A DNA stretch of 64,000 bases from an uncultured Solibacteraceae bacterium (GCA_964493965.1 CAZBQQ010000003.1:22562-86561); one strand, 5' to 3'. Counted from the stretch's first letter, positions 1 to 9,334 are shown. Notes: generated by a model not told the origin, from the sequence alone. Made by a program: numbers and translations.

Positions 1-260
1 CCAACGACCTGGGCCTGTGGCAGAAGCTGATCCGCACCATCTCCGAGTTCCTTACGCGCGTCTGGCGCAGCGGAGCGTTGTTCGGCGCCACGGCCGATCA
101 GGCCTTTTACGTGAAGTGCGACGCGGAGCTGAATCCTGCGTCGGTGCGCGCGCTCGGGCAGGTTTTCGTCGAAATCGGCATAGCGCCAGTGCGGCCCGCC
201 GAATTCGTGGTCATCCGTATCGGCATCTGGGACGACGGTTCCCAGGTGTCGGAGCAGTAG
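1..260 (+). CDS. contractile tail sheath protein, C-terminal fragment (5' end outside window)
   Basis: The frame is open from the window edge (codon phase from nt 3) to TAG 258-260. The translation ...SGALFGATADQAFYVKCDAELNPASVRALGQVFVEIGIAPVRPAEFVVIRIG... looks like the conserved C-terminal domain of phage/CIS sheath proteins. The tube gene follows 18 nt later. Confidence 0.8.
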   Translation, partial: NDLGLWQKLIRTISEFLTRVWRSGALFGATADQAFYVKCDAELNPASVRALGQVFVEIGIAPVRPAEFVVIRIGIWDDGSQVSEQ

Positions 261-278
261 GCAGGAAAGGAGAGTTCC

Positions 279-719
279 ATGGCGACAGGCGCAGTGGTGG
301 ATCCCTATCGTAATTACAATTTTCTGGTCGAGATCGACGGCATCGCGCAGGGTAGTTTCATGGAGTGCAGCGGCCTCGACGCGACCACGGAAAGCATCGA
401 ATACCGCGAAGGCGGTGACAACGTCACGGTGCGAAAGCTGCCCGGAAAAACCTCTTACGGCGACATCACGCTGAAATGGGGGGTCAATCCCTCGAAGGAC
501 CTGTGGACCTGGCGCAAGCAGGTTATTCAGGGCAACATCCAGCGCAAGAACGGCTCGGTGGTGGTCTACGATCTGGCCAATTCCACCGAGGTGGCGCGCT
601 GGAACTTTGTGCGCGGCTGGCCCGTTAAGTGGGAAGGCCCGCACTTCGACGCCAAAGGCAAGGATGTGGCGGTGGAGACCTTGACCATCGCCCACGAAGG
701 CATCGACAGGGCGACATAG
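279..719 (+). CDS. CIS inner tube protein (T4 gp19-like tail tube family)
   Basis: 146 aa. It carries YRNYNFLVEIDGI, ECSGLD, EYREGGDN, KLPGKTSYGDITLKWGV and WPVKWEGP motifs typical of the conserved phage tail tube family. An AGGAAAGGAGAG RBS lies upstream. Confidence 0.9.
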   Translation: MATGAVVDPYRNYNFLVEIDGIAQGSFMECSGLDATTESIEYREGGDNVTVRKLPGKTSYGDITLKWGVNPSKDLWTWRKQVIQGNIQRKNGSVVVYDLANSTEVARWNFVRGWPVKWEGPHFDAKGKDVAVETLTIAHEGIDRAT

Positions 720-722
720 CAT

Positions 723-1100
723 ATGTTCCAGACCGAATACGAATTCACGCTACCCAAGGGATACGTCGACGTTGACGGCCAACTGCACCGCGAGGGCGTC
801 ATGCGCCTGGCCACCGCGGCCGATGAGATCCTGCCGCTTGCGGATCCGCGGGTGGAGAAGAACCCCGCGTACCTGCTGGTGATTCTCTTTTCGCGAGTGG
901 TGATCAAGCTTGGAAGGATCAAGCAGGTGACTCCCAAGACCATGGAGGGCCTGTTCTCCGAAGACCTGGCGTTCCTGCACCGGTTCTTCAACGAGATCAA
1001 CGGCGTGGGTGCGAGGAGGGTGTCCACGCGCTGCCCCAAGTGCAGCCATGAATACAGCGTGGAGCCTGCGCCGTTGGGGGAATTAGCGGCTATCCCTTAG
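723..1100 (+). CDS. conserved CIS protein in the tail-assembly-chaperone slot
   Basis: 125 aa. The ATG is 4 nt after the tube stop. There is a single CPKC motif near the C-terminus. The assignment is positional only (tube > this gene > DUF6760-like > DUF4157 > LysM tube-like). Confidence 0.6.
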   Translation: MFQTEYEFTLPKGYVDVDGQLHREGVMRLATAADEILPLADPRVEKNPAYLLVILFSRVVIKLGRIKQVTPKTMEGLFSEDLAFLHRFFNEINGVGARRVSTRCPKCSHEYSVEPAPLGELAAIP

Positions 1101-1240
1101 ATCTGCTCCACGAGGAGGTAGCCCTGATCGGCATGTACTGCCACTGGTCGTACACAGAGGTCATGTCGATGGAGCACGCCGAGCGGCGGCGATGGATCCG
1201 TGAAATCGTGCGCCTGGCGCGCACGGAGAGAAGCGCGTGA
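1052..1240 (+). CDS. DUF6760-like small ORF overlapping the preceding gene in the -1 frame (no canonical start before ATG 1133)
   Basis: The open frame 1052-1240 reads IQRGACAVGGISGYPLDLLHEEVALIGMYCHWSYTEVMSMEHAERRRWIREIVRLARTERSA. The YPLD-L-EEVA...HW...EH-ERRRW pattern matches what I recall for DUF6760 proteins of CIS loci. Its TGA (1238-1240) overlaps the GTG (1237) of the next gene. The ORF is under 60 aa from any ATG and is therefore absent from the track. Confidence 0.5.
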   Translation: MQRGACAVGGISGYPLDLLHEEVALIGMYCHWSYTEVMSMEHAERRRWIREIVRLARTERSA

Positions 1241-2097
1241 ACGACGACGAAAACAATCCGGAACGCGAGCGTGAACTGCCCGGTGCACGCTGGCTTGGCG
1301 CGGCCTTGGAGCAGTTGGGACGCTTCGCGGTGGACCGCAAATGGCCCGCGGCCGCGGAGTCGATCCGCGCCCGGTTCGACGCCGTCCCGCGCATGGAGTC
1401 GCTCCGCGAGCGCGTGCAAACGGCGCGTGCGCAAACCCCACGAGAAGGCCAGCCCCGCAGGATTCCGTTCCCGCAGCCCGAGCCTCCCCAGACCGCGAGC
1501 GTGGAAGACCAGCCGCCGCAAGCCGAGCCCGAGGAAGGCCGCGGGCTCGATCCGGCTCTGCGCGCCCGCCTCGAAAAACTGCTGCGCTTCGGGCTTCCGG
1601 CCATCCGCGTCTACACGGGATACGGCGCGGATCGCCTTGCGCGGCGGCACAACGCCGACGCCGTGACGGTTCGCGATGAAATCCACTTCCGCCAGGGCGC
1701 CTACGATCCGGCGACGTCCCGGGGGCTGGGTCTGCTGGCCCACGAGGCCACGCACGTTGCCTGGGATCGCGGCGCACGCACGTCCCGTCTGACCCAGGGG
1801 CTCGATCCCGCGCAGGCCGAAGAGCGGGCGGCCATCGATAACGAACGGCGCGTTCTTTACGCGGACGCGCGGCCGGCTGGATTGCGGCCCCTGCTCCCGG
1901 CTCCCCCTCTACCCATGGCCGGCCCGCCCCCGCGTTCCGGCGTCCGCACGGCGCAGACCTCCCGCGACCTGAGCCAGCCCGAGGCGGCGCCGGTCCAGGC
2001 CGCCCAACTCTCGGACGCTCAGCTGCGCGCTCTGCGGCACGACATTCACACCTCGCTGCTCGACAAGCTGCGAACGGATTACGAACGAGGAGCCTAG
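1237..2097 (+). CDS. DUF4157 domain protein (HExxH motif HEATH) in the tape-measure slot of the CIS operon
   Basis: 286 aa with a GTG start. The DUF4157-like core reads LPAIRVYTGYGADRLARRHNADAVTVRDEIHFRQGAYDPATSRGLGLLAHEATHV, with HEATH at nt 1741-1755. The flanks are Pro/Glu-rich. Confidence 0.75.
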   Translation: MNDDENNPERERELPGARWLGAALEQLGRFAVDRKWPAAAESIRARFDAVPRMESLRERVQTARAQTPREGQPRRIPFPQPEPPQTASVEDQPPQAEPEEGRGLDPALRARLEKLLRFGLPAIRVYTGYGADRLARRHNADAVTVRDEIHFRQGAYDPATSRGLGLLAHEATHVAWDRGARTSRLTQGLDPAQAEERAAIDNERRVLYADARPAGLRPLLPAPPLPMAGPPPRSGVRTAQTSRDLSQPEAAPVQAAQLSDAQLRALRHDIHTSLLDKLRTDYERGA

Positions 2098-2100
2098 AAC

Positions 2101-2730
2101 ATGTCGCTCGAAAAGGCCTCCATCACGAAACTCAGCACCGGCGAGCAGATGTCCGTGATGTTCAATCCCGCCGAATACAGCTTCGACCTGGGCAACACCT
2201 TCGCCGAAATCGACATCCCGGGCCTCCGCACGCCGCCCATCCAGTACGTACGCGGCAACGCCAGCTCGCTGCGCATGGAGCTCTTCTTCGACAGCTATGA
2301 GAGCCAGTCCGATGTGCGGGCATCCACCACGCAGTTGACCGCGCTGCTCGACGCCGACCCCATTACGTCAGCCCCGCCGATTCTCCTGTTCAACTGGGGC
2401 GGATTCGCGCTGAAGTGCGTCCTCGAATCCGTCGCCCAGCGCTTCACCATGTTTCTGGAAGACGGCACGCCCGTGCGCGCCACCCTCACGGCGACGTTCA
2501 AGGAGTACGAGCCCGTACAGGTGCAAATCCAGTCCGGGTTCTTCGTCGGGCCGCCCACCGTCGTCAATATCGTTCAGGGAGCCACGGTCAGCAAAATAGC
2601 CGAACAGGTGCTCGGCGATCCAACGCAATGGCGGACCATCGCCGACGCGAACAACATCGACAATCCCCGGAAGCTGCAGGCGGGCGGTACGGTGATCGTG
2701 CCGCCCAACACGCCGCAGCCTCCTTTCTGA
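2101..2730 (+). CDS. CIS tube-like protein with C-terminal LysM domain (tube initiator / Afp5-7-like)
   Basis: 209 aa. The N-terminal part (VMFNPAEYSF...LRMELFFD) is tube-family-like. The C-terminal part VQGATVSKIAEQVLGDPTQWRTIADANNIDNPRKLQAGGTVIVP is a LysM motif. A GAGGAG RBS lies upstream. Confidence 0.85.
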   Translation: MSLEKASITKLSTGEQMSVMFNPAEYSFDLGNTFAEIDIPGLRTPPIQYVRGNASSLRMELFFDSYESQSDVRASTTQLTALLDADPITSAPPILLFNWGGFALKCVLESVAQRFTMFLEDGTPVRATLTATFKEYEPVQVQIQSGFFVGPPTVVNIVQGATVSKIAEQVLGDPTQWRTIADANNIDNPRKLQAGGTVIVPPNTPQPPF

Positions 2731-2740
2731 GGCGCCGAAA

Positions 2741-4312
2741 ATGGGATCGTTTTACGCCCCGGCATTCAACGTGAAGATCGCAGGCCTGACGCTGGCAGCC
2801 AACGTCACCCGCTCCATCATCGAGCTGGTGTATGACAACAGCCTCACCACCGCCGACATGTTCACGCTGAAGCTGAACAACGCCGACATGAGCTTGACCG
2901 ATTCGGCGCTGTTCGACGTGGGCAAGAACGTCGAGATCTACATGGGCTATGCCGGCGACTTGCAGCCGATGATGCTAGGCGAAATCGCGGCCGTGAATCC
3001 GTCTTTCCCTCGGGACGGCGCGCCCATGATGACCATCACCGGCTACGACAAATCGCAGAAGATGCGGCACAACACGCCGGAGCCCTTCACGTTCAAGTAC
3101 ATGCCCGATAGCGCGATCGCCGCTGCCATCGCGGGGGAAAACCTGCTGATTCCCATCGTGGACCCTTCGCCCACCGGAGTGCGCGAGTCCGTTCAGCAGA
3201 CCGGCAGTGACTGGGCTTTCTTGCGCGATCTCGCTCGGCGCAATTTCTTCGAGCTCTTCGTCTATTGGGATCGCCTCTATTTCCGCTTCCCCCGCCCGCA
3301 GACCCAGCTCACCATTCTCGAGTGGGGCAAGAACCTGAGCAGTTTCAGCCCGCGCCTATCGACTTCGGGCCAGTTCGGCATCCAAGTGCTGCGCGGTTAC
3401 GACTACAAGCTGGCGCAGACCATCGTGGCGGTGCTTCCGGCGGTGACGCTCGGCGGCGACCTCTCCGACATCATCGAGCGGCTGGGCTCGAGCTTCCTCG
3501 AGCAACTGGTCTCTCTCGGCCGCTACGTGGTGCGTGACCAGCCCATCAACAACTATCTCGACGCGCTCGCGGTCGCCAAATCCGTCCTCCTTCAACTGCT
3601 CGAAGGCCTGTTTGAGGGCAGCGGCTCCTGCATCGGCATGCCGCAGCTTCGCGCTGGCGACTACGTGCAGATCAACGGCGTCGGACAGCGCTTCAGCGGC
3701 CGGTACAAGCTCAGCAAGGTGACCCACACCATCAGCGACGCCGGTTACATCACCAACTTCGAAGTGTCGCAGAACGTGAACGCCGCTCTGCTGGAGAGCC
3801 TGCGCAAGAAGCTCGGTGGATCCAGCAAGCCGGACGGCCAGTCCGCGGTCAACGGCGTCGTGGTGGCCAAGGTGGAGAACAACATCGATCCGGAGGGCCT
3901 GGGCCGCGTGCAGCTCTCGTTTCCGCATCTGTCCGACGTGAACCTGAGCAACTGGGCCCGCGTCGCCACGCCCATGGCGGGAAGCAGCAGCGGTATCTTC
4001 TTCCTGCCCGATGTCGGCGACGAAGTGCTGGCCACTTTCGAACAGGGCGACGTCGATAAGCCCGTGGTGTTGGGTGGGCTGTGGAACGGCCTGAGCCGGC
4101 CACCCGTAGTCAACGCCGGGCCAAATCAGACCAAGACCATCAAGCTCAAGAAGGGCCTGGAGGTTCAATTGGACGAAACCAAGGGCCTGACGCTCCAGAA
4201 CGGGCTGGGGTCGTCGATCTCGCTCGACCTTCAGGGCAACATAACGATCCAGGCGGTGGGAGACGTAACGATCAAATCGGGCCCGGCCGGCAAGGTCCAT
4301 CTCAATCCGTAA
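2741..4312 (+). CDS. spike/hub protein: phage late control gpD-like N-terminus fused to gp5/VgrG OB-fold and beta-helix (Afp8-like)
   Basis: 523 aa. The N-terminus is gpD-like (YAPAFNVKIAGL...MGYAGDLQPMMLGEI...ITGYD). The central part VVAKVENNIDPEGLGRVQLSFPHL...WARVATPMAG...FFLPDVGDEVLATFEQGDVDKPVVLGGLWN is the Phage_base_V/VgrG signature. Confidence 0.9.
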   Translation: MGSFYAPAFNVKIAGLTLAANVTRSIIELVYDNSLTTADMFTLKLNNADMSLTDSALFDVGKNVEIYMGYAGDLQPMMLGEIAAVNPSFPRDGAPMMTITGYDKSQKMRHNTPEPFTFKYMPDSAIAAAIAGENLLIPIVDPSPTGVRESVQQTGSDWAFLRDLARRNFFELFVYWDRLYFRFPRPQTQLTILEWGKNLSSFSPRLSTSGQFGIQVLRGYDYKLAQTIVAVLPAVTLGGDLSDIIERLGSSFLEQLVSLGRYVVRDQPINNYLDALAVAKSVLLQLLEGLFEGSGSCIGMPQLRAGDYVQINGVGQRFSGRYKLSKVTHTISDAGYITNFEVSQNVNAALLESLRKKLGGSSKPDGQSAVNGVVVAKVENNIDPEGLGRVQLSFPHLSDVNLSNWARVATPMAGSSSGIFFLPDVGDEVLATFEQGDVDKPVVLGGLWNGLSRPPVVNAGPNQTKTIKLKKGLEVQLDETKGLTLQNGLGSSISLDLQGNITIQAVGDVTIKSGPAGKVHLNP

Positions 4313-4326
4313 AGGGGAGGTTTCCG

Positions 4327-4740
4327 ATGCAGCAGCAAATCGTGGTTCAGGGGCGGACATTGACAACGACGGTGACGGCTCCTCCCGCGCCGGCCGTGCT
4401 CAACGTCGCGCTCACTCCAACGGACCACCCGGCGTTGCACTGCGACGCCAGCTCGAAAGGCGCGCTGATCCAGGGCATTGACCTGACGTGCAACTGCACC
4501 GGCGATTGGGTCACGGGAACCTCGACCTTCGTTGGTGCCGGGACGGGAACCATCTCCGCCTCCACTCCTCGTGTGCAGTGCGAAGGGCAGTCGATGGTGA
4601 CTCTCGGGGATGCGGTCAGCATCAGTTGCCCCGGGACGATCACCGTCACCGCCGGCGGCGCCACCTCGGCCGGCACGGCCAAAGTGACCGTGACCATCAC
4701 CGACGCCGCCCAGCTGACGGTGGACGCCAACAAGGCTTGA
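4327..4740 (+). CDS. putative spike-tip protein (PAAR/DUF4280 slot)
   Basis: 137 aa from ATG 4327, with a GGGGAGG RBS; the track ORF 4081.. is an upstream extension overlapping the spike gene. The protein is Cys-containing and Thr/Gly-rich. It sits between the VgrG-like and gp25 genes. No clean PAAR motif was seen. Confidence 0.5.
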   Translation: MQQQIVVQGRTLTTTVTAPPAPAVLNVALTPTDHPALHCDASSKGALIQGIDLTCNCTGDWVTGTSTFVGAGTGTISASTPRVQCEGQSMVTLGDAVSISCPGTITVTAGGATSAGTAKVTVTITDAAQLTVDANKA

Positions 4741-4753
4741 GGAGGGAGCGCCT

Positions 4754-5149
4754 ATGATCCCGGACTTGCTCGGAAAAGGGTTCGCCTACCCGATGAGCCG
4801 CAACGTTCGCGGCGGCATTCAGCAGGCGAGTGGCGTGGAGAAGGTGCGCGAAGCCATCTTCATCCTCCTCGGCACGCAGTACGGCGAACGGCTGATGCGT
4901 CCCGACTTCGGCTGCAATCTGAAGTCCCTGGTCTTCGCACCCAACAATCTGGCCACGGCGAACCTGGCCACTCACTATGTGACCGAAGGGCTCACCAACG
5001 GCGAGCCCCGCATTATTCTCGACAGCGTGCTGGTCGATAACGACAACTTGAACGGGCGGCTGATCATCAATGTCCGGTATCGGATTCGGGCGACTTACCA
5101 GCCCGACGATCTGGTGTATCCGTTCTACCTTCAGCCGTCCCAGACCTGA
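4754..5149 (+). CDS. baseplate wedge protein, GPW/gp25 family
   Basis: 131 aa. LLGKGFAYPM...GVEKVREAIFILLGTQYGERLMRPDFGCNL matches the gp25 lysozyme-like fold family. A GGAGGGAG RBS lies upstream. Confidence 0.9.
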   Translation: MIPDLLGKGFAYPMSRNVRGGIQQASGVEKVREAIFILLGTQYGERLMRPDFGCNLKSLVFAPNNLATANLATHYVTEGLTNGEPRIILDSVLVDNDNLNGRLIINVRYRIRATYQPDDLVYPFYLQPSQT

Positions 5150-5160
5150 GGATCCGCGCT

Positions 5161-7269
5161 ATGGCGAATGGTCAACTGCAAACCCTGAACCTGGACGACC
5201 GGATGTGGCAGGACATCGTCGACGAGGCCCGAAGCCTCATTCCGCGCTACAACCCCGAGTGGACCGATCACAACGCGACCGACCTGGGCATCACGCTCAT
5301 GGAGCTGTTCGCGTGGATCGTAGAGGGCATGCAGTACCGTCTCAATCGCGTGCCCGACAATAACTTCATCGAGTTCCTCAACCTGCTCGGCATCACCCAG
5401 GACCCGGCTTCGCCCGCTACTGTCTTTCTGACCTACCAGCTCGCTGGCGTCTCGCCGCCCCTCACCCTGCCCAAGGGGAACGTCGTCGCAACCCAGCAGA
5501 CCGACCAGGATCCGGCCATCCTGTTCGAAACCGATGCGGACGTGTCGCTGCTCCCCACAAACCTGACCACCGCCATCAGTCTGCACAAGACCGGCCTGCA
5601 CTACGAGAACGTCACCTCACAGATGGTCGCCGCGCCGCTCAGCGGGTATTCCTACTCGCTGGCGCCCGGCGACGTGTTGACTCTGACGCTCGGCTTCGAC
5701 CAGGCCACAGCGCTGCCGATCCCACTCAGCTTCCTGTTCCGCACGCCCGTCAGCCCCGGCAGCCTGCAGGTGCTCTGGCAGTATTCCCAAGCCGCCGTGT
5801 CACCACTCCTCTGGCCCGTGATCCCAGGCGTCCTTGATGGCACCACGTCTTTCACTCAGAACGGCGTCGCCAGCGTAACGGTCCCGCTCGACTGGGCAGC
5901 CCAGACGCCTAAAAACTGGGGCCTCACTCCAACCACGCTGGCCGACGCGGTCGACAAGCAGTTGTTCTGGGTCGGCGTGCATGTCTCGAATCTGACGGCG
6001 AACCCGCTGACCATTCAGATCGATTCCATTCTCTTCAACAGCGTGCATGCGAGCAACGCGCTCACTGTGACCCAGCCGGAATTGGCCGGCACCAGCAATG
6101 GAAAGCCCTTCCAGTATTTCGACCTCGTGAACGCGCCGCTCTACCAGCACCCCGGCGTTCCCGATCCCTACGACCACCTGGTTGTGCAGGTGCGCCAGGC
6201 CTTGCCCGGCGGCACGTTCGGACCGTGGACCACCTGGTCCCGGGTGGATGATTTCCCGCAAGGCGCGGCCAACGTCTTCCGTCTCGACGCCGTGATGGGC
6301 CGCCTCAGCTTCGGCAACTACGATTCCATCGTCTCGCCCGACGGTCACGGAACCATCCCGCCATCGGAGAGCCAGATCCAGGCGCTCACGTATCGCTACG
6401 TGGTGGGCGGCGTCATCGGCAACGTGCCGCCCTCTACCATCACCGTTCTGCGCGCGCCCGTCGCGGGGCTGGTGGCGGCCACGAACCCGGGCCCAGCGGC
6501 CAACGGAGCGGACCAGGAGTCCATCGACGACACCAAGCGCCGCGGCCCCGAGGTGCTGCGCAACCGCTACCGGGCGGTCGCCGCCGAGGACTACGAGTAT
6601 CTCGCAGTCCAGGCGAGCACCGAGGTCCAGAAGGTTCGCTGCCTGCCGCCCCGCCTCTTCACGGTCTACGACCAGAGCTTCAATCCGGCCGTAAAGCCGG
6701 GCGATCCCTGGACCTACGGCGGCCTGAACCGCGACTCGGGCAACGTCCAGGTCATCATTATTCCCGGCTCCCCGCTGAGCAATCCCACGCCGGCGCCGAC
6801 TGCGGAGTTGCTGGCGGAGGTCGCCGACTACCTGGAGCAGCGCCGCTCCGTCACCGCCGCCCTCACCGTCACCGGCCCGCGCTACCTGCCCATCAAGGTG
6901 ACCGCCCAGATCATGGTCTGGAAGCAGGCGGTGGACCAGGGTCTGGTGCCCGATCCGGCCACCTCCACCACGGTGCACGACGGCATCGTCGCCCAGATCA
7001 AGCAGTTCCTGCACCCCACCCTGGGCAACAGCGACGGAAACGGATGGGATGTCGGGGAGGACCAGACCATCGCGCCCCTGTTCGAATTCATCAAGCCGCC
7101 CAACGCGGTCGGCTTCATCTCGTCCCTGCAAATCGACGCGGAGACTCCGCTCTACACGCCGCCAACGCGACTGTATCCCACCGGCGTGTTGGGCGTCTGG
7201 GTCAAATTCGCCGACTACGAAATGGTCTGTAGCGCCGCGGCGCACAACGTGACGGTAACCAAGATCTGA
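5161..7269 (+). CDS. baseplate J-like protein (gp6/Afp11-like)
   Basis: 702 aa. The N-terminal part WTDHNATDLGITLMELFAWIVEGMQYRLNRVPDNNFIEFLNLLGI is typical of Baseplate_J proteins, and the gene sits after gp25. Confidence 0.85.
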   Translation: MANGQLQTLNLDDRMWQDIVDEARSLIPRYNPEWTDHNATDLGITLMELFAWIVEGMQYRLNRVPDNNFIEFLNLLGITQDPASPATVFLTYQLAGVSPPLTLPKGNVVATQQTDQDPAILFETDADVSLLPTNLTTAISLHKTGLHYENVTSQMVAAPLSGYSYSLAPGDVLTLTLGFDQATALPIPLSFLFRTPVSPGSLQVLWQYSQAAVSPLLWPVIPGVLDGTTSFTQNGVASVTVPLDWAAQTPKNWGLTPTTLADAVDKQLFWVGVHVSNLTANPLTIQIDSILFNSVHASNALTVTQPELAGTSNGKPFQYFDLVNAPLYQHPGVPDPYDHLVVQVRQALPGGTFGPWTTWSRVDDFPQGAANVFRLDAVMGRLSFGNYDSIVSPDGHGTIPPSESQIQALTYRYVVGGVIGNVPPSTITVLRAPVAGLVAATNPGPAANGADQESIDDTKRRGPEVLRNRYRAVAAEDYEYLAVQASTEVQKVRCLPPRLFTVYDQSFNPAVKPGDPWTYGGLNRDSGNVQVIIIPGSPLSNPTPAPTAELLAEVADYLEQRRSVTAALTVTGPRYLPIKVTAQIMVWKQAVDQGLVPDPATSTTVHDGIVAQIKQFLHPTLGNSDGNGWDVGEDQTIAPLFEFIKPPNAVGFISSLQIDAETPLYTPPTRLYPTGVLGVWVKFADYEMVCSAAAHNVTVTKI

Positions 7270-7279
7270 TCGGAGCACG

Positions 7280-9334
7280 ATGGCCAACAGCACCTATCTC
7301 GACTATCTGCCCCCGGTGCTCTGGGTACCGGACAACGACCCGACCCAGTTCCTGGGCCGTCATCTCCGGATCTATGAGAAGATCCTGACCGGCCTGGACG
7401 GCGGCGGGTTGGTGGTTCGTGCGGCGGCGCCCTTCGCCTCCGCCGTAACCGACCACATCCTGTTCGCCGCCGCCACCGACATGGCGCAGTTCCGCATTGG
7501 GGATTGGATCACTATCGCAGGCACTGCCGAGCGCCGCCAGGTGGATCACTTCACCGGCCTGACCATGTTCCTCGACGCAAGTCTCGCCGGGGGCCCTTAC
7601 ATTGCCGGAACCGTCCGCATCGCCGACCTCATCCCGGGCCAGACCACCTTCCGCGCCGACAACGCCGCCCGGCTCGAAGGCGGCCGCCCGCTCCAGATCC
7701 TGCAAGCCGGTCAGACGGAGAACCTGGTGGTGGCGCAGGCCACGGCGGAGTTCCTTACGCTGGCGTACGGCCTGGTGAACACGTATCCCCTGGCCCCGGA
7801 CGCCGTCCCGGTGAAGCTCATCGACCCCATCACGATCGTGCACGGCGATCACACCCACACCGACTTTGAGACCCAGATCGACAACCTGTTCACACTGTTC
7901 AACCCCTGGCGCACGCGCACGGATTTCCTCCCGTACCTGGCTTCCTGGGTCGCACTCACGCTCCTGCCCGATTGGACCGAGTACCAGCAGCGCAAGCTGA
8001 TTTCGCAGATGGTCGCCATCTACCAGCAACGGGGCCTGAAAGAGGGGCTCTACACCTATCTCGATATCTACGCCGTCACCGCCGCACGGCCGCGCATGGT
8101 CGTAGACGACAACGACGCAGTCCTGCACACCGTGCCCGCGAGCGATGGAACGGCGGTGTTGCGGGCGGTGGCCCACAGCAACACGGTGTCGCCCCCCAGC
8201 GCTCCAGCCCAGACCATTACGGCCTTGCTGCATCCTTCGGGCATCGCCGTCGATAGCAAGAACTTCTACTTCGTTTCCGATCCCGCCGACATTTCGCTCG
8301 CGGTTCCCCGCAGGCCCGCGCTCTGGCGCTCGACCGCGAACGGCGACCTCGATTTCGCGCCGGGCGGGCTGCCCATGCCCATGCCGAAGCCGATCTTCAC
8401 GGGCGCTCCGCTGGTTCAGCCGACGGCCGTTGTCGTGGACGCAACGGACCGCGTCAGCGTGGTGGATACGGGCCAGTACGCATCGGCCTCGCAGCAGAAA
8501 TCGGGACTCTATCGTTTCACTCCACCGGGCTACGCCATCGCCACGGTTATGGACCAGACCACGGTGCCGGTCCTGCCGGTCATCCATCCGGTGGACATGG
8601 TTTTGGACGGCGCCGGGCACTTCGTCATTCTCGATCGCGGATTCCATCCACTGGGCAATCCGCCGGCGGGGGCGTCCAAACCGGCCATCGTCGTGGTCAG
8701 CGAAGGGCCACTCGCGGCCGCCACGCACGCTCTGGCCGCCATCGGGGAGCCGACCGCTCTGATCATGGATGCCACCGGCCGCTTCATCGTCGCCGACGCC
8801 CAGCAGCAGAGCACTACCACCCCCGCCGATCTGGTCCTGGTGGATCCTGGCGCCGGCTGGACCACCACTTCCCTGCTGGGCGCCGTCGCGGCCGGCGCCA
8901 ACCCGCTGGTGTTTCCGACCGGCCTGGTGTGGGAGTCCCCTTCCGTGTTGCTCGTCTCGGACCAGGCCCTGCGCTGGGGATTCTCGGTGGATCCCAGCAA
9001 CCGCGTCATGGCCGAGCAACCCCACATCTACCGCGTCGATCTCACGCAGGCTCCGCCGGTCATCACCCGCGTGACCAGCCAGCGGCAACTCGTCCACCCC
9101 ACGAAAATGGCGAAGGATCGTAACGGCCGGGTGCTCATCACCGATGCCGGGGAGACCCAGCAGGACCCGCCGCAGCGCAGCTGGCGCGCGGGCGCCAACG
9201 AATTCGGTGTCGTCGTGTTCTTCTCCAATCAGCGCCCGACGACGTCCGACGATCGCAACAAGTTCCGGCGCGGGATCGTTCAGATCATCGAGAACGAGAA
9301 ACCCGGACACACATCGTGGTGGATGGATTTCTAG
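7280..9334 (+). CDS. baseplate protein, P2 gpI-like (Afp12-like) with C-terminal beta-propeller-like repeats
   Basis: 684 aa. The N-terminal YLDYLPPVLW...FLGRHLRIYEKIL and FNPWRTRTDFLPYLASWVAL...QQRKLISQMVAIYQQRGLKEGL match the Tail_P2_I-type domain. The C-terminal half has about 6 repeats of the G-x-h-h-V-x-D type (GHFVILDRG, GRFIVADAQ, GRVLITDAG). Confidence 0.8.
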   Translation: MANSTYLDYLPPVLWVPDNDPTQFLGRHLRIYEKILTGLDGGGLVVRAAAPFASAVTDHILFAAATDMAQFRIGDWITIAGTAERRQVDHFTGLTMFLDASLAGGPYIAGTVRIADLIPGQTTFRADNAARLEGGRPLQILQAGQTENLVVAQATAEFLTLAYGLVNTYPLAPDAVPVKLIDPITIVHGDHTHTDFETQIDNLFTLFNPWRTRTDFLPYLASWVALTLLPDWTEYQQRKLISQMVAIYQQRGLKEGLYTYLDIYAVTAARPRMVVDDNDAVLHTVPASDGTAVLRAVAHSNTVSPPSAPAQTITALLHPSGIAVDSKNFYFVSDPADISLAVPRRPALWRSTANGDLDFAPGGLPMPMPKPIFTGAPLVQPTAVVVDATDRVSVVDTGQYASASQQKSGLYRFTPPGYAIATVMDQTTVPVLPVIHPVDMVLDGAGHFVILDRGFHPLGNPPAGASKPAIVVVSEGPLAAATHALAAIGEPTALIMDATGRFIVADAQQQSTTTPADLVLVDPGAGWTTTSLLGAVAAGANPLVFPTGLVWESPSVLLVSDQALRWGFSVDPSNRVMAEQPHIYRVDLTQAPPVITRVTSQRQLVHPTKMAKDRNGRVLITDAGETQQDPPQRSWRAGANEFGVVVFFSNQRPTTSDDRNKFRRGIVQIIENEKPGHTSWWMDF

